Source: Trueperaceae bacterium (GTDB lineage Bacteria; Deinococcota; Deinococci; Deinococcales; Trueperaceae). From it: 64,000 bases of DNA. The position numbers were made by a program, and so were the translations under genes. Below the pieces are notes generated by a model. That model worked only from the letters and a program-made list of their open reading frames with translations. It was not told where the DNA came from and did not search any database. Shown here piece after piece: positions 1 through 9,839 of this stretch (position 1 is its first letter; each line of letters begins with the position of its first letter). Location of the stretch: the NCBI GenBank assembly GCA_965213925.1, contig OZ243927.1, positions 352,001 to 416,000 on the forward strand. The letters run 5' to 3'.

Positions 1-143
1 CTCTGGTCCTCGATGTCGGTTTGGCTGAGCAAGATTTCTAGCTCGGGCGCGAACGCCGAGATAACGGCGACGCGCGGCGTACTCTCTTGGGCGCTCGCGA
101 GCGTGAGCACAGCGGCGAAAAAGATGCTCCAGAGGAGTTTCAT
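1..143 (-). CDS. Secreted nucleoside phosphorylase / MTA-SAH nucleosidase-family protein, 5' part only (runs off window)
   Basis: Manual translation MKLLWSIFFAAVLTLASAQESTPRVAVISAFAPELEILL: signal peptide followed by the 'VAVISAF.PE' N-terminal motif of PNP_UDP_1-family proteins; AGAGG RBS upstream of ATG at 143. Confidence 0.6.
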   Translation of the reverse strand, partial: MKLLWSIFFAAVLTLASAQESTPRVAVISAFAPELEILLSQTDIEDQ

Positions 144-362
144 GAGGACCTCTTTTCTCAGTGGGTTAAAGGGTGTGTAGGTTCGGGAATGCTGCAAAGA
201 GGTGGAGGGGTTTGTGGTGAGTGACCTCGAGCCGAATCATATCTGCTGTACGGCGCAGATTGCAAGACTGTAACGTTTCGTGTGTACAGTTTACAAAGGG
301 GGCGAACGCGCTGACCCTCCGCGGTCAGTTGACCTCCTTTTGCGCATCTGCTACTTTACGCT

Positions 363-1394
363 ATGGCCACCCTTTCGACTTCCGCGTCCGTCCCCGCTCC
401 TAACGCTGCTGCTTTCGATCCTGTCCTCGCCCGCGAGTGGATGGCGGTGGCGCGTTCAGACGAGGTGCAAGCTGACCCGGTACGCGTGCGGGTCTTGGGT
501 GAGCCCGTCGTGGTGTGGCGCAGCAGCGAAGGGATTCACGCTTTCGGCGACCTCTGCATCCACCGGGGCGCGGCGCTCTCGCTCGGGCGGGTCGAGGCGG
601 ACACGCTCGTCTGTCCGTATCACGGCTGGCGCTACGGCGGCGACGGGCGCTGCGTCAACATTCCCGCGCAGCCTGAAGGGGCAGGGATTCCCACGAAGGC
701 GCGGGCGTTTCGGTACGGGTGCCGTGAGGCGTATGGGCTTATCTGGGTTGCGTTGGAGCCTTCAGAGAAGGATGTGCCAGAGCATGAGGAGGCGCTGACC
801 TCTTCCTTCCGCACCCTCATCTGCGGACCTTACCTCCTGCAAGCCGAGCCGCCGCGCATCGTCGAGAACTTCTTGGACGTGTCGCACCTCATGTGGGTGC
901 ACGAAGGGCTGCTAGGCGACTCGGACCACGCCGAAATCCCTGAGCACCGCGTGCACGAACGTAACGATAAAGCGGGCGGTAAACTCGTCAGCGACCCCAT
1001 CGACATCTTCCAGCCCGACCCCGACGGACGCGGGCGCGGCGTCACCAACCGCTACGTCTACGAGGTGCTCGCGCCGACCACGGCTCGCTTCCGCAAGACG
1101 GATTCGGACTCGGATAACGTCCTAGCGATGATGCTCCACGCCACACCCTTGGGTGAGGGAAAAAGCGTGGTGTACGCGCTACTCTCGCGCAACTACGATT
1201 TAGACGTGGAGGATGGAGTCTTTATCGACTTTCAGAACACCTTGATGGAACAAGACCGCCGCATCGTCGAGAGTCAGCGCCCGGAGCGGTTACCGCTCGA
1301 CTTACAAGCGGAGCTGCACCTCAAGTCGGACCGTTTGGCGATCGCCTACAGGCGCTACCTCGCGGAGCAGGGCGTACAGCTCGGGACGGCTTAG
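363..1394 (+). CDS. Rieske non-heme iron oxygenase alpha subunit (vanillate O-demethylase / methylxanthine N-demethylase-like)
   Basis: CxH...CxxH Rieske motif (CIHRG...CPYHGW) and ENFLDVSHLMWVH mononuclear Fe motif. Confidence 0.9.
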   Translation: MATLSTSASVPAPNAAAFDPVLAREWMAVARSDEVQADPVRVRVLGEPVVVWRSSEGIHAFGDLCIHRGAALSLGRVEADTLVCPYHGWRYGGDGRCVNIPAQPEGAGIPTKARAFRYGCREAYGLIWVALEPSEKDVPEHEEALTSSFRTLICGPYLLQAEPPRIVENFLDVSHLMWVHEGLLGDSDHAEIPEHRVHERNDKAGGKLVSDPIDIFQPDPDGRGRGVTNRYVYEVLAPTTARFRKTDSDSDNVLAMMLHATPLGEGKSVVYALLSRNYDLDVEDGVFIDFQNTLMEQDRRIVESQRPERLPLDLQAELHLKSDRLAIAYRRYLAEQGVQLGTA

Positions 1395-1696
1395 GAGCTT
1401 CAGAAATTACGCTGAAACACGTTGCAAGAGGCGAAGTTATTAGTTGCCGGAGTTCAGCAGTTAGCCGATTTACGCTGACCACTGCCAACACCTTTTCATC
1501 CTAGCCGACCTGACAAGACTTGGAGAAGTCGGTTGAGCAGAAGAGGTCCAGCGGGAGAGTGTAAACACCTCTTTTCCGTATCCTTCCCCCTGTATTTCCT
1601 CTTCTTCAAAAACCTCATCACACTCAACCGACACCTTGTACACATTTACCGCACCTACAGCTAGATAAACGCGCCCGCTCTCTGTTACACTTACTC

Positions 1697-4600
1697 GTGC
1701 ACCTCACCTCTTTAACGCTCCAGGGCTTCAAGAGCTTCGCGAACAAGACGACGTTGGAGTTCACCCCCGGCATCACCGCCATCGTCGGGCCGAACGGCTC
1801 GGGCAAGTCGAACGTGATCGACGCGCTGCGCTGGGCGTCGGGCGGCGGCAGGGCGAGCGAGTTTCGGGCGGAAGGTAAGACCGACCTTATCTTTCACGGC
1901 GCGGCGGGGCAGCGCAGCTTGGGTTACGCGGAGGTCGCGGTCGAGGTCGAACGCGCGGGCAGGAGCGTTCACGTGTCGCGGAGCCTCTTTCGGGACGGGC
2001 AGACGAAGCTCAAACTAAGCGGCAAGAACGCGCGGTTTCTGGACGTGGACGAGGCGCTTTCGGGGAGCGGCTTGGCGCGGGGCGGGCTCTCCATCATCGG
2101 ACAGGGTGAGGTCTCGCAGGTCTTGATGGCGGACCCACCGACGCTCCTGAGCTACGTCGAAGAGGCGGCGGGCGTAGCGAAATTGACCTCGAGGCGCGAA
2201 CAGACCCTCTCTCGTTTGGAGACTGCGCGGGAGCATTTGGAGCGCTTAGAAGATGTGATGCGCGAGTTGCGCCGTCAACTCGAAACCTTAGAAAGAGAAG
2301 CCGAGGAAGCGCAGCGGAGCGCCGCGCTGAGCCGCGAAAGGCTCGCCCTGCGCTGCACGCTCGCGCACCGGCGCGCAGAGGGTTTGCAGCGCGAGATCAC
2401 CGAATTAGAGGCGCGGCGGCTGAACGTGACGGCGGGTTTAGAACACGGCAAGGCGCAACTCGGCGCGGCGAGGGGGGCGTGGAGCCGTTCGCGTGAGGTG
2501 CTCGCCGAAACTGAAGGGGTTTACCGCCGCGCGGTGCAGGAGGCGGAGGCGCGGCGCGGCGACTTGCGTGTAGCGCAGGAGCGGTTAGCGGCGGCGCGTT
2601 CGAAGCGTGAGGGGTTAGCGCGTGAGGAGCGCGGCGTCGCCGAGGAGTTAGCGGCGCTCGCCGGAGCACAAGCGCCGACGCCGCCCGAGGGAGACCTCGA
2701 GGTACTGGAGCGTGAGTTGGCCACTCGAGATACCGAGTTGACCGCGCAGCGCGAGAGGTTGACAGCGCTGGACGCGGAGCTTGCCACGCTTTCTCAAAAC
2801 TTAGAGACCGCCCGCCGCACCGCCTTTGCGCAAGCACAAGCGGTGGAGCGTTACGAAGCGCAAAAAGAGAGCTTGGACGCACAACTGCGCGACGTGAAGG
2901 AGCGCTTGGTGGGCTTGGACGCGGGCGTTGATATCGCAGCTTTAGAAGCCGAAGTCGCGCGGGCGAGAGCCGCCGCCGACGAACGCGCGTCTCACCTCAC
3001 TGCGCTCCAAGAACGCCTCGCCACCCTGCAAAACGTCCACGCCAGCGCCCACGCCGAAGCGCAGGCGCGGGGGCGTGCGTTCGAACGGATCAAAGCCGCC
3101 TTCGACGCGCGGCGCGGCTACGCGCAGGGTCCCAAAAATGCGCTGACCTCGGGCATTCCCGGCGTCATCGGCTCGGTCGCCGACCTCTTGCGCGTACCTC
3201 CCGAATATCAGACCGCCCTCGGCAGCGCCCTCGGGCGGCGCGCGGAACACGTCGTGGTCGAATCCGCCGAGGTCGCTAAGGAGGTCTTAGCGCACGTGCG
3301 GCGCTCGGGGGGCTGGGTGACGCTCTTGCCACTCGAGCTGGTCAGAGGCAGACCCGGATATCTCTCCGATGAGCTTCGCAATGAGCCGAGTATGGTCGGG
3401 CTCTGCGCCGAACTCGTCGAGGCGGACCCTAGATACGCGGGCATCGTGAACCAACTTCTCGGCACCACCGCGCTCATCACCTCCTTAGACGACGCGGTGA
3501 CGCTCGCCCGCCGCTACGCCAAAAGACCGCGCTTCGTGACGTTGCAGGGCGACGTGATGGAAGCTTACGGCGCGATGACGGGCGGGCGTCCGCAGGGAAG
3601 CGGCGCGGTTTTGGGGCTCGCGGCGGATTTGGAGGAAGCCGAAGTCGCCGCGCGAGAGGCGGCGCGAGACGCAGCGGCGCAAGGGGACGCGGTAGGGCGT
3701 CTGCAAACAGAGGTCAAAGAGGGGTTGGAGCAGCGCCGCAACCAGCACGCTACGCTAGAACGCGTCACCGAAGCCTTGCGGGCCGCGCGGGAACAGGCGG
3801 CGGCGCGAGGGTCTTTGGAACGCGAGCTGTCTCGGCAGCGGCTCGAGCTAGAGGCGCGCCTAGCCACCCTCACGCCGCCTGAGTCTTCTGAGCGTGCAAC
3901 GCAAGAGGTCGCAACGTTAGACGCGCGAGCGAACGAGAAGCAAGCCGAGCTTACAGCGTTACGTCAAGCGGTGCGTTCGTCCGAGATGGCGAGAGGAGAG
4001 ACCGCGCAGACGCTGGCGCTTCTCCGCGAGCGGCAGAAGGACTTTGCACGGGCGCTAGAACGTTTCCAAGCTGGGCAGGCGCGGCTGGCGCAGGTGAAGG
4101 CTCGAGCCGAAGCGTTGCGGCGAGAACTCGGGACGGCTTTAGGGGCTGAAAAGGTAGCCGAGGCGAGCGTTTCGGAAGCTGAGGCGCGTGTGCCGCAGAA
4201 CTTGGACGTACAAGAAAACGCACTCTCAGAGGCTCAGGAACGTGCTCAGCGTGCAGAGGAAACGCTAGGCGAGCTGACCCAGCGCCAAGCGGAGCGCGGG
4301 GCGTCGCTCGAAGAGGTCAAGCTGACCTTGGCGCGGCGCGAAACGGCGTTAGAGGTCGCGGAGGAGGAGCGCTCGAGCTTCCCCCCCGGCGTCGAGGTCT
4401 TAGAGGGTGGTCTCAAAACGCTCCGTGACCGCCTCAGCACCGTTACCCAAGCCTTGGAGAGTCTAGGTCCCGTCAACCACCGCGCCGCCCAAGAAGCCCA
4501 GGTCCAGCGCGAACGCTGGGAGAGCCTCGTCGCTCAATCCAATGAAGCGAACCTCGCCGCCGCCGAACTCACCTCCGTCTTGACCGACATCGAAGGCACG

Positions 4601-5086
4601 GTGCGCACCCGCCTGGACGCTGCCGTCACGCAGCTCAGGGCAAAGTTCGCCGAGCACATCACCCAACTTTTCGGCGCGGGCGCAGAGGCGAGTATCGATA
4701 CGGTAACCGAAGAGGGGCGACCCACCGGGCTCAAAATCAGCCTGCAACCTCCTGGCAAGCAGACTCGCTCCCTGAACCTCTTGTCCGTCGGGGAGCGGAC
4801 GATGGGCGCGATGGCGTTTTTGTTCGCGCTCATGAGCGGCGAAAACGAGACGGGGCTGCCTATCGCGATTTTAGACGAGGTGGACGCGCCTCTAGACGAA
4901 GCGAACATTCGACGCTTCTGCGCCTTTTTAGAGCAACTCGCCGCAACGGGCACGCAGTTCGTCCTCATCACGCATCAAAAGGCGACGATGGAGACCGCGC
5001 GGACGCTGTGGGGCGTGACGACGGAGCGCGGGGTGAGCCGCGTGTTTAGCATCAGCCGGGCGGAGGCAGACGCGGTTGTGTCTTGA
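1697..5086 (+). CDS. smc: Chromosome segregation protein SMC
   Basis: GFKSF, Walker A GPNGSGKSN, long coiled coils, hinge (GVIGSVADLL...G...GAMTGG), signature LSVGE, Walker B/D-loop LDEVDAPLD. Confidence 0.96.
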   Translation: MHLTSLTLQGFKSFANKTTLEFTPGITAIVGPNGSGKSNVIDALRWASGGGRASEFRAEGKTDLIFHGAAGQRSLGYAEVAVEVERAGRSVHVSRSLFRDGQTKLKLSGKNARFLDVDEALSGSGLARGGLSIIGQGEVSQVLMADPPTLLSYVEEAAGVAKLTSRREQTLSRLETAREHLERLEDVMRELRRQLETLEREAEEAQRSAALSRERLALRCTLAHRRAEGLQREITELEARRLNVTAGLEHGKAQLGAARGAWSRSREVLAETEGVYRRAVQEAEARRGDLRVAQERLAAARSKREGLAREERGVAEELAALAGAQAPTPPEGDLEVLERELATRDTELTAQRERLTALDAELATLSQNLETARRTAFAQAQAVERYEAQKESLDAQLRDVKERLVGLDAGVDIAALEAEVARARAAADERASHLTALQERLATLQNVHASAHAEAQARGRAFERIKAAFDARRGYAQGPKNALTSGIPGVIGSVADLLRVPPEYQTALGSALGRRAEHVVVESAEVAKEVLAHVRRSGGWVTLLPLELVRGRPGYLSDELRNEPSMVGLCAELVEADPRYAGIVNQLLGTTALITSLDDAVTLARRYAKRPRFVTLQGDVMEAYGAMTGGRPQGSGAVLGLAADLEEAEVAAREAARDAAAQGDAVGRLQTEVKEGLEQRRNQHATLERVTEALRAAREQAAARGSLERELSRQRLELEARLATLTPPESSERATQEVATLDARANEKQAELTALRQAVRSSEMARGETAQTLALLRERQKDFARALERFQAGQARLAQVKARAEALRRELGTALGAEKVAEASVSEAEARVPQNLDVQENALSEAQERAQRAEETLGELTQRQAERGASLEEVKLTLARRETALEVAEEERSSFPPGVEVLEGGLKTLRDRLSTVTQALESLGPVNHRAAQEAQVQRERWESLVAQSNEANLAAAELTSVLTDIEGTVRTRLDAAVTQLRAKFAEHITQLFGAGAEASIDTVTEEGRPTGLKISLQPPGKQTRSLNLLSVGERTMGAMAFLFALMSGENETGLPIAILDEVDAPLDEANIRRFCAFLEQLAATGTQFVLITHQKATMETARTLWGVTTERGVSRVFSISRAEADAVVS

Positions 5087-5129
5087 GTGACAACGGTTTC
5101 ATGTTGCTAAGAGGTGAAGACCTAAAATT

Positions 5130-6146
5130 TTATGGTTCAAATCTAAATTCGCTCGAGGTCACGTATTCGTCAACATGGTCACAGGCAAGCCAGTGGCGCT
5201 GCAACCGTTCTGCAACAGCTCCCGTCGTATTCGAGCCTGCGAACGGGTCTAAGACCATATCGCTCGGTTCGGTGAGTAGCTTAATGAAGAACTCGGGGAG
5301 CGGCGCAGGAAAGCGGGCTGGATGAGGTTTGACACCTGCCTCTTTACACCGTTTCGTATAGCGGTCATTGGCAGCGTTGTTGCCAAATTTAAGCATGTCG
5401 AACGCTATCTCGTCCGTTCCGTCTACAGCAAGTTCTTCTTCGATGACGTTGGGCGGAATTGACCCGCCTGCTGATATCTCGCTAAAACTGGGTTTAATCG
5501 TATAGCCCCCTGGTCTCTTCCGTTGCTTCAACCCTTTTTCATTTAAGCGTTTCATATCCTTGCTGTAAGGGCGCAAAACGTTACGATTGGTGGCTTTAGG
5601 CCACTCCGTTTTACTGAACCACCAAACATATTCGACTGAGTCTCTGATACGAATGCGACGAACCGTCACCCACTCCGCAGGAACGGGCATTTTAGCAGGA
5701 TTGAACCAGAAGCATTCCTGAGCAAGATGCAGACCTATCTCTTCCACAAGTGCGATGAGGAGTTTGAAGTGATAGAGCGAGCGGGTAGGACTACCTTTAT
5801 TATAGCTACCGCCAATGTTGAGAACAAAGCTACCGTCATCCGTGAGAATGCGCTTAATTTCCTCAGCGAAAGGCAAAAACCATGCAATATAACCTTCTTT
5901 AGTCCACTTGAGCTTATCTTCTTTTGATGCGTTTTTGTATTCTTTTTGAAAGTGAAGTGCGTAGGGTGGGGATGTGATAACGGTATTGACAGAACGCTCT
6001 GGCAAGCTCTTAAGTAAGCTAAGCGCGTCACAGGTGTAAGCGCTGCCGTAGTTTGTGATATACGTTGGCTCAAGATTAGGTAGGAGCCGCTTAGGGTTTT
6101 CCTCCTCGTTGAAAAGGAGCGTGGCCTGTTCAGCTACGTCGGTCAA
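5130..6146 (-). CDS. Site-specific DNA methyltransferase, beta class, probably N4-cytosine (M.PvuII-like)
   Basis: N-terminal TSPPY catalytic motif, HPARFP, C-terminal [15 protein letters not shown]-binding motif; lower GC than flanks. Confidence 0.92.
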   Translation of the reverse strand: MTDVAEQATLLFNEEENPKRLLPNLEPTYITNYGSAYTCDALSLLKSLPERSVNTVITSPPYALHFQKEYKNASKEDKLKWTKEGYIAWFLPFAEEIKRILTDDGSFVLNIGGSYNKGSPTRSLYHFKLLIALVEEIGLHLAQECFWFNPAKMPVPAEWVTVRRIRIRDSVEYVWWFSKTEWPKATNRNVLRPYSKDMKRLNEKGLKQRKRPGGYTIKPSFSEISAGGSIPPNVIEEELAVDGTDEIAFDMLKFGNNAANDRYTKRCKEAGVKPHPARFPAPLPEFFIKLLTEPSDMVLDPFAGSNTTGAVAERLQRHWLACDHVDEYVTSSEFRFEP

Positions 6147-6180
6147 GAGAACGCCTCACATTCAAGGTACAATGCTGCCG

Positions 6181-6203
6181 TGCAAACATTGCGTAAGTTT
6201 ACA
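6181..6203. promoter_or_regulatory. Candidate controller-protein operator (inverted repeat) between divergent MTase and HTH genes
   Basis: TGCAAAC-N9-GTTTACA imperfect palindrome in the short divergent intergenic region. Confidence 0.4.
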
Positions 6204-6234
6204 ATAACGCTACTATATAGAAAATGGGTTCACA

Positions 6235-6450
6235 ATGTCAACCTATTTGTCTAAGGCTGCTCAGCCAGAAGATTGGATTTCGCAAGCGGAAGCGGCAAGG
6301 TTGCGGGGTGTAAGTAGGCAAGCCATCGCGAAGCTCGTTCGCAACAAACGTGTGCGCACGCTCGAGATAGGCGGTCATACACTCGTCAGCAAGCATGATA
6401 TAGAAGCGTACCAGCCGCTACCCGCAGGACGACCTAAAAAAGATGCCTAA
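6235..6450 (+). CDS. Excisionase-like (HTH_17) DNA-binding protein, putative RM controller
   Basis: WISQAEAARLRGVSRQAIAKLV helix-turn-helix; overlaps start of downstream nuclease gene; divergent from MTase. Confidence 0.8.
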   Translation: MSTYLSKAAQPEDWISQAEAARLRGVSRQAIAKLVRNKRVRTLEIGGHTLVSKHDIEAYQPLPAGRPKKDA

Positions 6451-7168
6451 ACCTTCTTTTGAAGAACTGAGAAAATTAGTTGATGCGCTGTCCCAAGGTG
6501 AGAAACAGCGTTTGTACCAATATCTAAGGAGTGAGGTAGACCCTCATCCTTTAGAAATTGAGTGGAATATTGAAAGCGATTATATTCTGAGCGCTATTCA
6601 GCGTTCGCCGGATATAACCCGCCGTGGCATACGCGGCATTTTGGCGGAAGCTAAGCTCGGCACGGATATCATCTCTCCCTTGAAACAGCAGGGATGGCGC
6701 GAGGTCACGGCGACAACAGACTTACCGCACGACTACTTGATCAAGGACAGTCAGGGAACAGTCCGAATTCAGGTCAAAAACCAAAGGCGGGAAAAGGGTA
6801 AGCCGTTAAGCGCTAAAAGCAAATTTAAGCGGGAAGACTACTACATCGTTGAGACGCAGAAGACGCGCAGCGGTAAGAACAAAGATGGCGAAACCACGCG
6901 GGCTTATAGATACGACGAGTTCGATATTATCGCGGTTTGTTTGCAACCCTCTACAGGCAGTTGGAACGATTTCCTTTTCACCGTAGCAAATTGGCTTTTG
7001 CCTAGCGATAAAAATTCGGCTTGGATAGGTACGTATCAACCCGTACCTCAGACGAAAAATGATGTCTGGACGGACGATCTCGAAGCGGCAATAAGGTGGT
7101 TTAGAAGTGGAGCAAGCAAAAGAATTTGGCCGCCACAAGATTCAAATGAGAAGAGGCTGTTTGATTAA
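6443..7168 (+). CDS. Putative type II restriction endonuclease (PD-(D/E)xK-like)
   Basis: E...PHDY...IQVK motif; next to MTase and controller; AT-rich. Confidence 0.7.
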   Translation: MPKPSFEELRKLVDALSQGEKQRLYQYLRSEVDPHPLEIEWNIESDYILSAIQRSPDITRRGIRGILAEAKLGTDIISPLKQQGWREVTATTDLPHDYLIKDSQGTVRIQVKNQRREKGKPLSAKSKFKREDYYIVETQKTRSGKNKDGETTRAYRYDEFDIIAVCLQPSTGSWNDFLFTVANWLLPSDKNSAWIGTYQPVPQTKNDVWTDDLEAAIRWFRSGASKRIWPPQDSNEKRLFD

Positions 7169-7180
7169 AAAGGAAACCAT

Positions 7181-7219
7181 AAAAAAAGCGCGCCGAACCT
7201 TCAGCGCGTTCTATTTTTT
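7181..7219. terminator. Intrinsic terminator-like hairpin after the endonuclease gene
   Basis: A-tract, GCGCGC/GCGCGT stem, T-tract. Confidence 0.5.
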
Positions 7220-7252
7220 ATATTCTACACCCATATGCACTATTCGTCAAGA

Positions 7253-7436
7253 GGTTGCACTGAGACCCGGACAAAAGTACGTATAACCCGCCTTGAGGTT
7301 TCTAAAGAACGCCGTTTGAGACGAAGAAACTATTCATTTTTAGATCCGCTGTTAGATTTGCCGTGCTGAACGGTGCCAAGTGAGTTTCGTCCGGGTTCCA
7401 GGTTGCACCCAAACTCGGACAAAAGTCTGCATAACG
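7253..7436. repeat. IS-end-like direct and inverted repeats (MITE/IS scar)
   Basis: GGTTGCAC-N-AC(C/T)CGGACAAAAGT-N-ATAAC occurs at 7253 and 7401; inverted partial copy TTTCGTCCGGGTTCCA at 7385-7400. Confidence 0.6.
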
Positions 7437-7459
7437 CCTTTTGGAGCGAGTAATTCCCT

Positions 7460-7629
7460 TTCCGGTTAAACACGCGACTTTATCGCGTGTTTAATCCCGA
7501 GGAAGAGCCTTCAGCCGCTGCTGGCAAGCTTAACGACAACGCGCGCAGATGTGAAGATGATACCTTCGGCTGAAGACTCCTGAGCGAGTAGAAATAAGTA
7601 CGGATTCCGTAATTAACCGGAATCCGTAT
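7460..7629. repeat. Structured Deinococcus-type short non-coding repeat (SNR-like)
   Basis: Three stems: TTAAACACGCGA/TCGCGTGTTTAA, CTTCAGCCG/CGGCTGAAG, TACGGATTCCG/CGGAATCCGTA; the CGGAATCCGTAT end resembles Deinococcus intergenic repeats (from recall). Confidence 0.55.
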
Positions 7630-7693
7630 AGAGAGCCTCTTTAGCGACAACACCTTATGTCGCGTCATACGCCCTACATGATACGCTTACGCC

Positions 7694-9031
7694 GTGCCAC
7701 TCCCCTTACGCACTAAGCTCGGCTACGGCGTCGCCGATGTAGGCGCGTCACTTTCGTACAACGCGGTAAATTTCTTTTTTCTCTTTTTTTTGGTAGATAT
7801 AGCCGGGCTCCGCCCCGGTTTAGCGGGCGCGGCGCTTCTCGCGGGGCGACTCATCGACGCCGTGACCGACCCGCTGATGGGAACGCTCAGTGACCGCACG
7901 CGCAGCCGCTACGGACGGCGCAAGCCCTATATTTGGGCAGGGTTCATCCCGTTCGGCGTCTCCTTCGCGCTCCTCTGGACGGTTCCTAACGCTTCACAGG
8001 GCGCGATATTCACCCTCGCCGCGCTCGCGCTCGCGCTTCACGCGGTCGTCTATACCGCCGTACAAGTTCCTTACATGGCGCTCACGCCTGAGCTTGCGCC
8101 GGGCTACGAAGCGCGCACCTCGCTGAGCAGCTACCGCGTCGGCTTCGGCACGCTGGCGTCGCTTATCGCCGCCGCCGCGCCGCCGCTCCTCGTTGCGTCG
8201 CTCAATGGCGCGGCGGACCTCGCCGAGACTGCGCAGTTCGGCTGGGTCGGCATGGGTATCATTTTCGGCACCGTCATGAGCGCGTCGTATCTGCTGATGG
8301 CGCTCACCGTACAGGAACCCGCGAGGACCCCTTCTCGAGTCACGCCACCGCCGCTCCGCTCCGTGCTCAAGGTCAGAGGCTACCTCGCCCTCATCGCGCT
8401 TTTCGTGAGCGTGACGCTCGGGCTCGGCGTCGTCTCTTCGATGTTGCCCTTCTATCTGGCAAGTTTGCAGCTAAACCCGGATGAGCAAACCTTTATTCTA
8501 GGGCTTCTCTTTATCGTGGCAATCTTGGCGCTGCCTTTCTGGAACATTCTGGCGGGACGCTCGAGCAAGTCCACCGCTCTGGCGTCTGGGTTAGCCGTTC
8601 TCGTCGCCGGGCTGCTATCCATCGTGCTCGTTCCTCCGACGGGGCTTTCACTCCCTCTTGTCGCTTCGGTGGCGCTGGCGGGCGTCGGCACGGGCGCGGC
8701 GCTGCTCTTCCCCTGGGCGATGCTGCCCGACGTGGTGGAGTTCGACCTCTTGGCGCACGGAGCGCGGCGCGAAGGGCTACTCTACGCGGTCTTTACCTTC
8801 GCGCAGAAGTCGGCGTTCGCGTTCGGGGCGGCGCTGAACGCTTTCGTGCTCGAGCTTGCCCGCTATACCCCCGACGCGCCCTCCGCGTCCGCGCAAAACG
8901 CGATCACCTTCATGGTCGGACCTGTCGCCGCGACTGCCTTTTTCGTTGCGCTCCTGCTCGCTTGGCGCTATCCCATTCGCAAGGCGGACCACGACGCGGC
9001 GAGAAGCGCCTTGGCTCAAAAGAAGATGTAG
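7694..9031 (+). CDS. MFS transporter, glycoside-pentoside-hexuronide (GPH/MelB) family
   Basis: KLGYGVAD...DAVTDPLMGTLSDRTRSRYGRRKP, PYMALTPEL, WAMLPDVVE motifs; ~12 TM. Confidence 0.92.
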   Translation: MPLPLRTKLGYGVADVGASLSYNAVNFFFLFFLVDIAGLRPGLAGAALLAGRLIDAVTDPLMGTLSDRTRSRYGRRKPYIWAGFIPFGVSFALLWTVPNASQGAIFTLAALALALHAVVYTAVQVPYMALTPELAPGYEARTSLSSYRVGFGTLASLIAAAAPPLLVASLNGAADLAETAQFGWVGMGIIFGTVMSASYLLMALTVQEPARTPSRVTPPPLRSVLKVRGYLALIALFVSVTLGLGVVSSMLPFYLASLQLNPDEQTFILGLLFIVAILALPFWNILAGRSSKSTALASGLAVLVAGLLSIVLVPPTGLSLPLVASVALAGVGTGAALLFPWAMLPDVVEFDLLAHGARREGLLYAVFTFAQKSAFAFGAALNAFVLELARYTPDAPSASAQNAITFMVGPVAATAFFVALLLAWRYPIRKADHDAARSALAQKKM

Positions 9032-9211
9032 AGGGTATAGAACAGAAGCTTTCTTCATTCTGTCTTCTTCTGTGACGAAGTCGCCAAAGGCGAAAGGTAT
9101 TCGCGCGAACTTTAGCCTCTCCCCTTCTTCACGGCTAGAAAATTTACAACTACGTAGCGCTAGGGGCGCAAGCGGTATACTTGCCTCGGGGTGGCATGTT
9201 AGAAAGGTCTG

Positions 9212-9559
9212 ATGCGTGAACTGCTCTACAATGCAGCCAAGCACTTTAAGCGCGGCGAAGCGCTAGCGAACCAGGGAGACGATAGAGACGCGATGGACGC
9301 CTTTAGCGACGCCCTACGCGACCTCCACGCGGTCAAACCGCAAAGGATGCGCAACGCGCTCCTGTCGCAGGTCTACCTCTCACGCTACGGGGCTGCTAAG
9401 CGCTTAGGCGCGGCGTCGGCGGAGGGCGACTTGCGCATGGGCTATTCCTACGCACGCACGACTAGAGAACCCGCCGTACGCGCCTTGGCTGAAACGCTCT
9501 GGCGCGAGCATTTAGCAGCGCGCGCCAGGGAGAACGAAGAAACCGTCGGCTCGGATTGA
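9212..9559 (+). CDS. Hypothetical helical protein
   Basis: 115 aa ORF with host-like codon usage; no motif recognised. Confidence 0.65.
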   Translation: MRELLYNAAKHFKRGEALANQGDDRDAMDAFSDALRDLHAVKPQRMRNALLSQVYLSRYGAAKRLGAASAEGDLRMGYSYARTTREPAVRALAETLWREHLAARARENEETVGSD

Positions 9560-9839
9560 AGAAGTGAGCATCAAGGTGTGGGAAGTGGACATGTAGGCTG
9601 CGTTTTTCCTGCTTTTTACTTAATGTCTTACGAAAGTACAAAACCCTATAACGAACCTACCCCTTTCCTAAAGACCGTTAGCAAAGACGTTTGAGCTAAT
9701 AGCTAACAGTCCATTAGCTCTCCGTGCAGATGCTGAACAAGAGCAAGGCTCGAGTCTCGTCCGCTCAGCTGACCCCCGATGCAGTCTCATACGATCAGCT
9801 GGACGCCCCCACCGACCTCTCGCCTGTTATGGTACAAAC

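Noticed and set aside
4780..4800. SMC signature LSVGE instead of LSGGE as inactivation
   Set aside because: From recall, Deinococcota SMCs carry substitutions at this position; all other motifs are intact
5130..6146. This MTase as the cause of CTCGAG enrichment
   Set aside because: It looks recently acquired and restriction-linked, which would select against its site; specificity unknown
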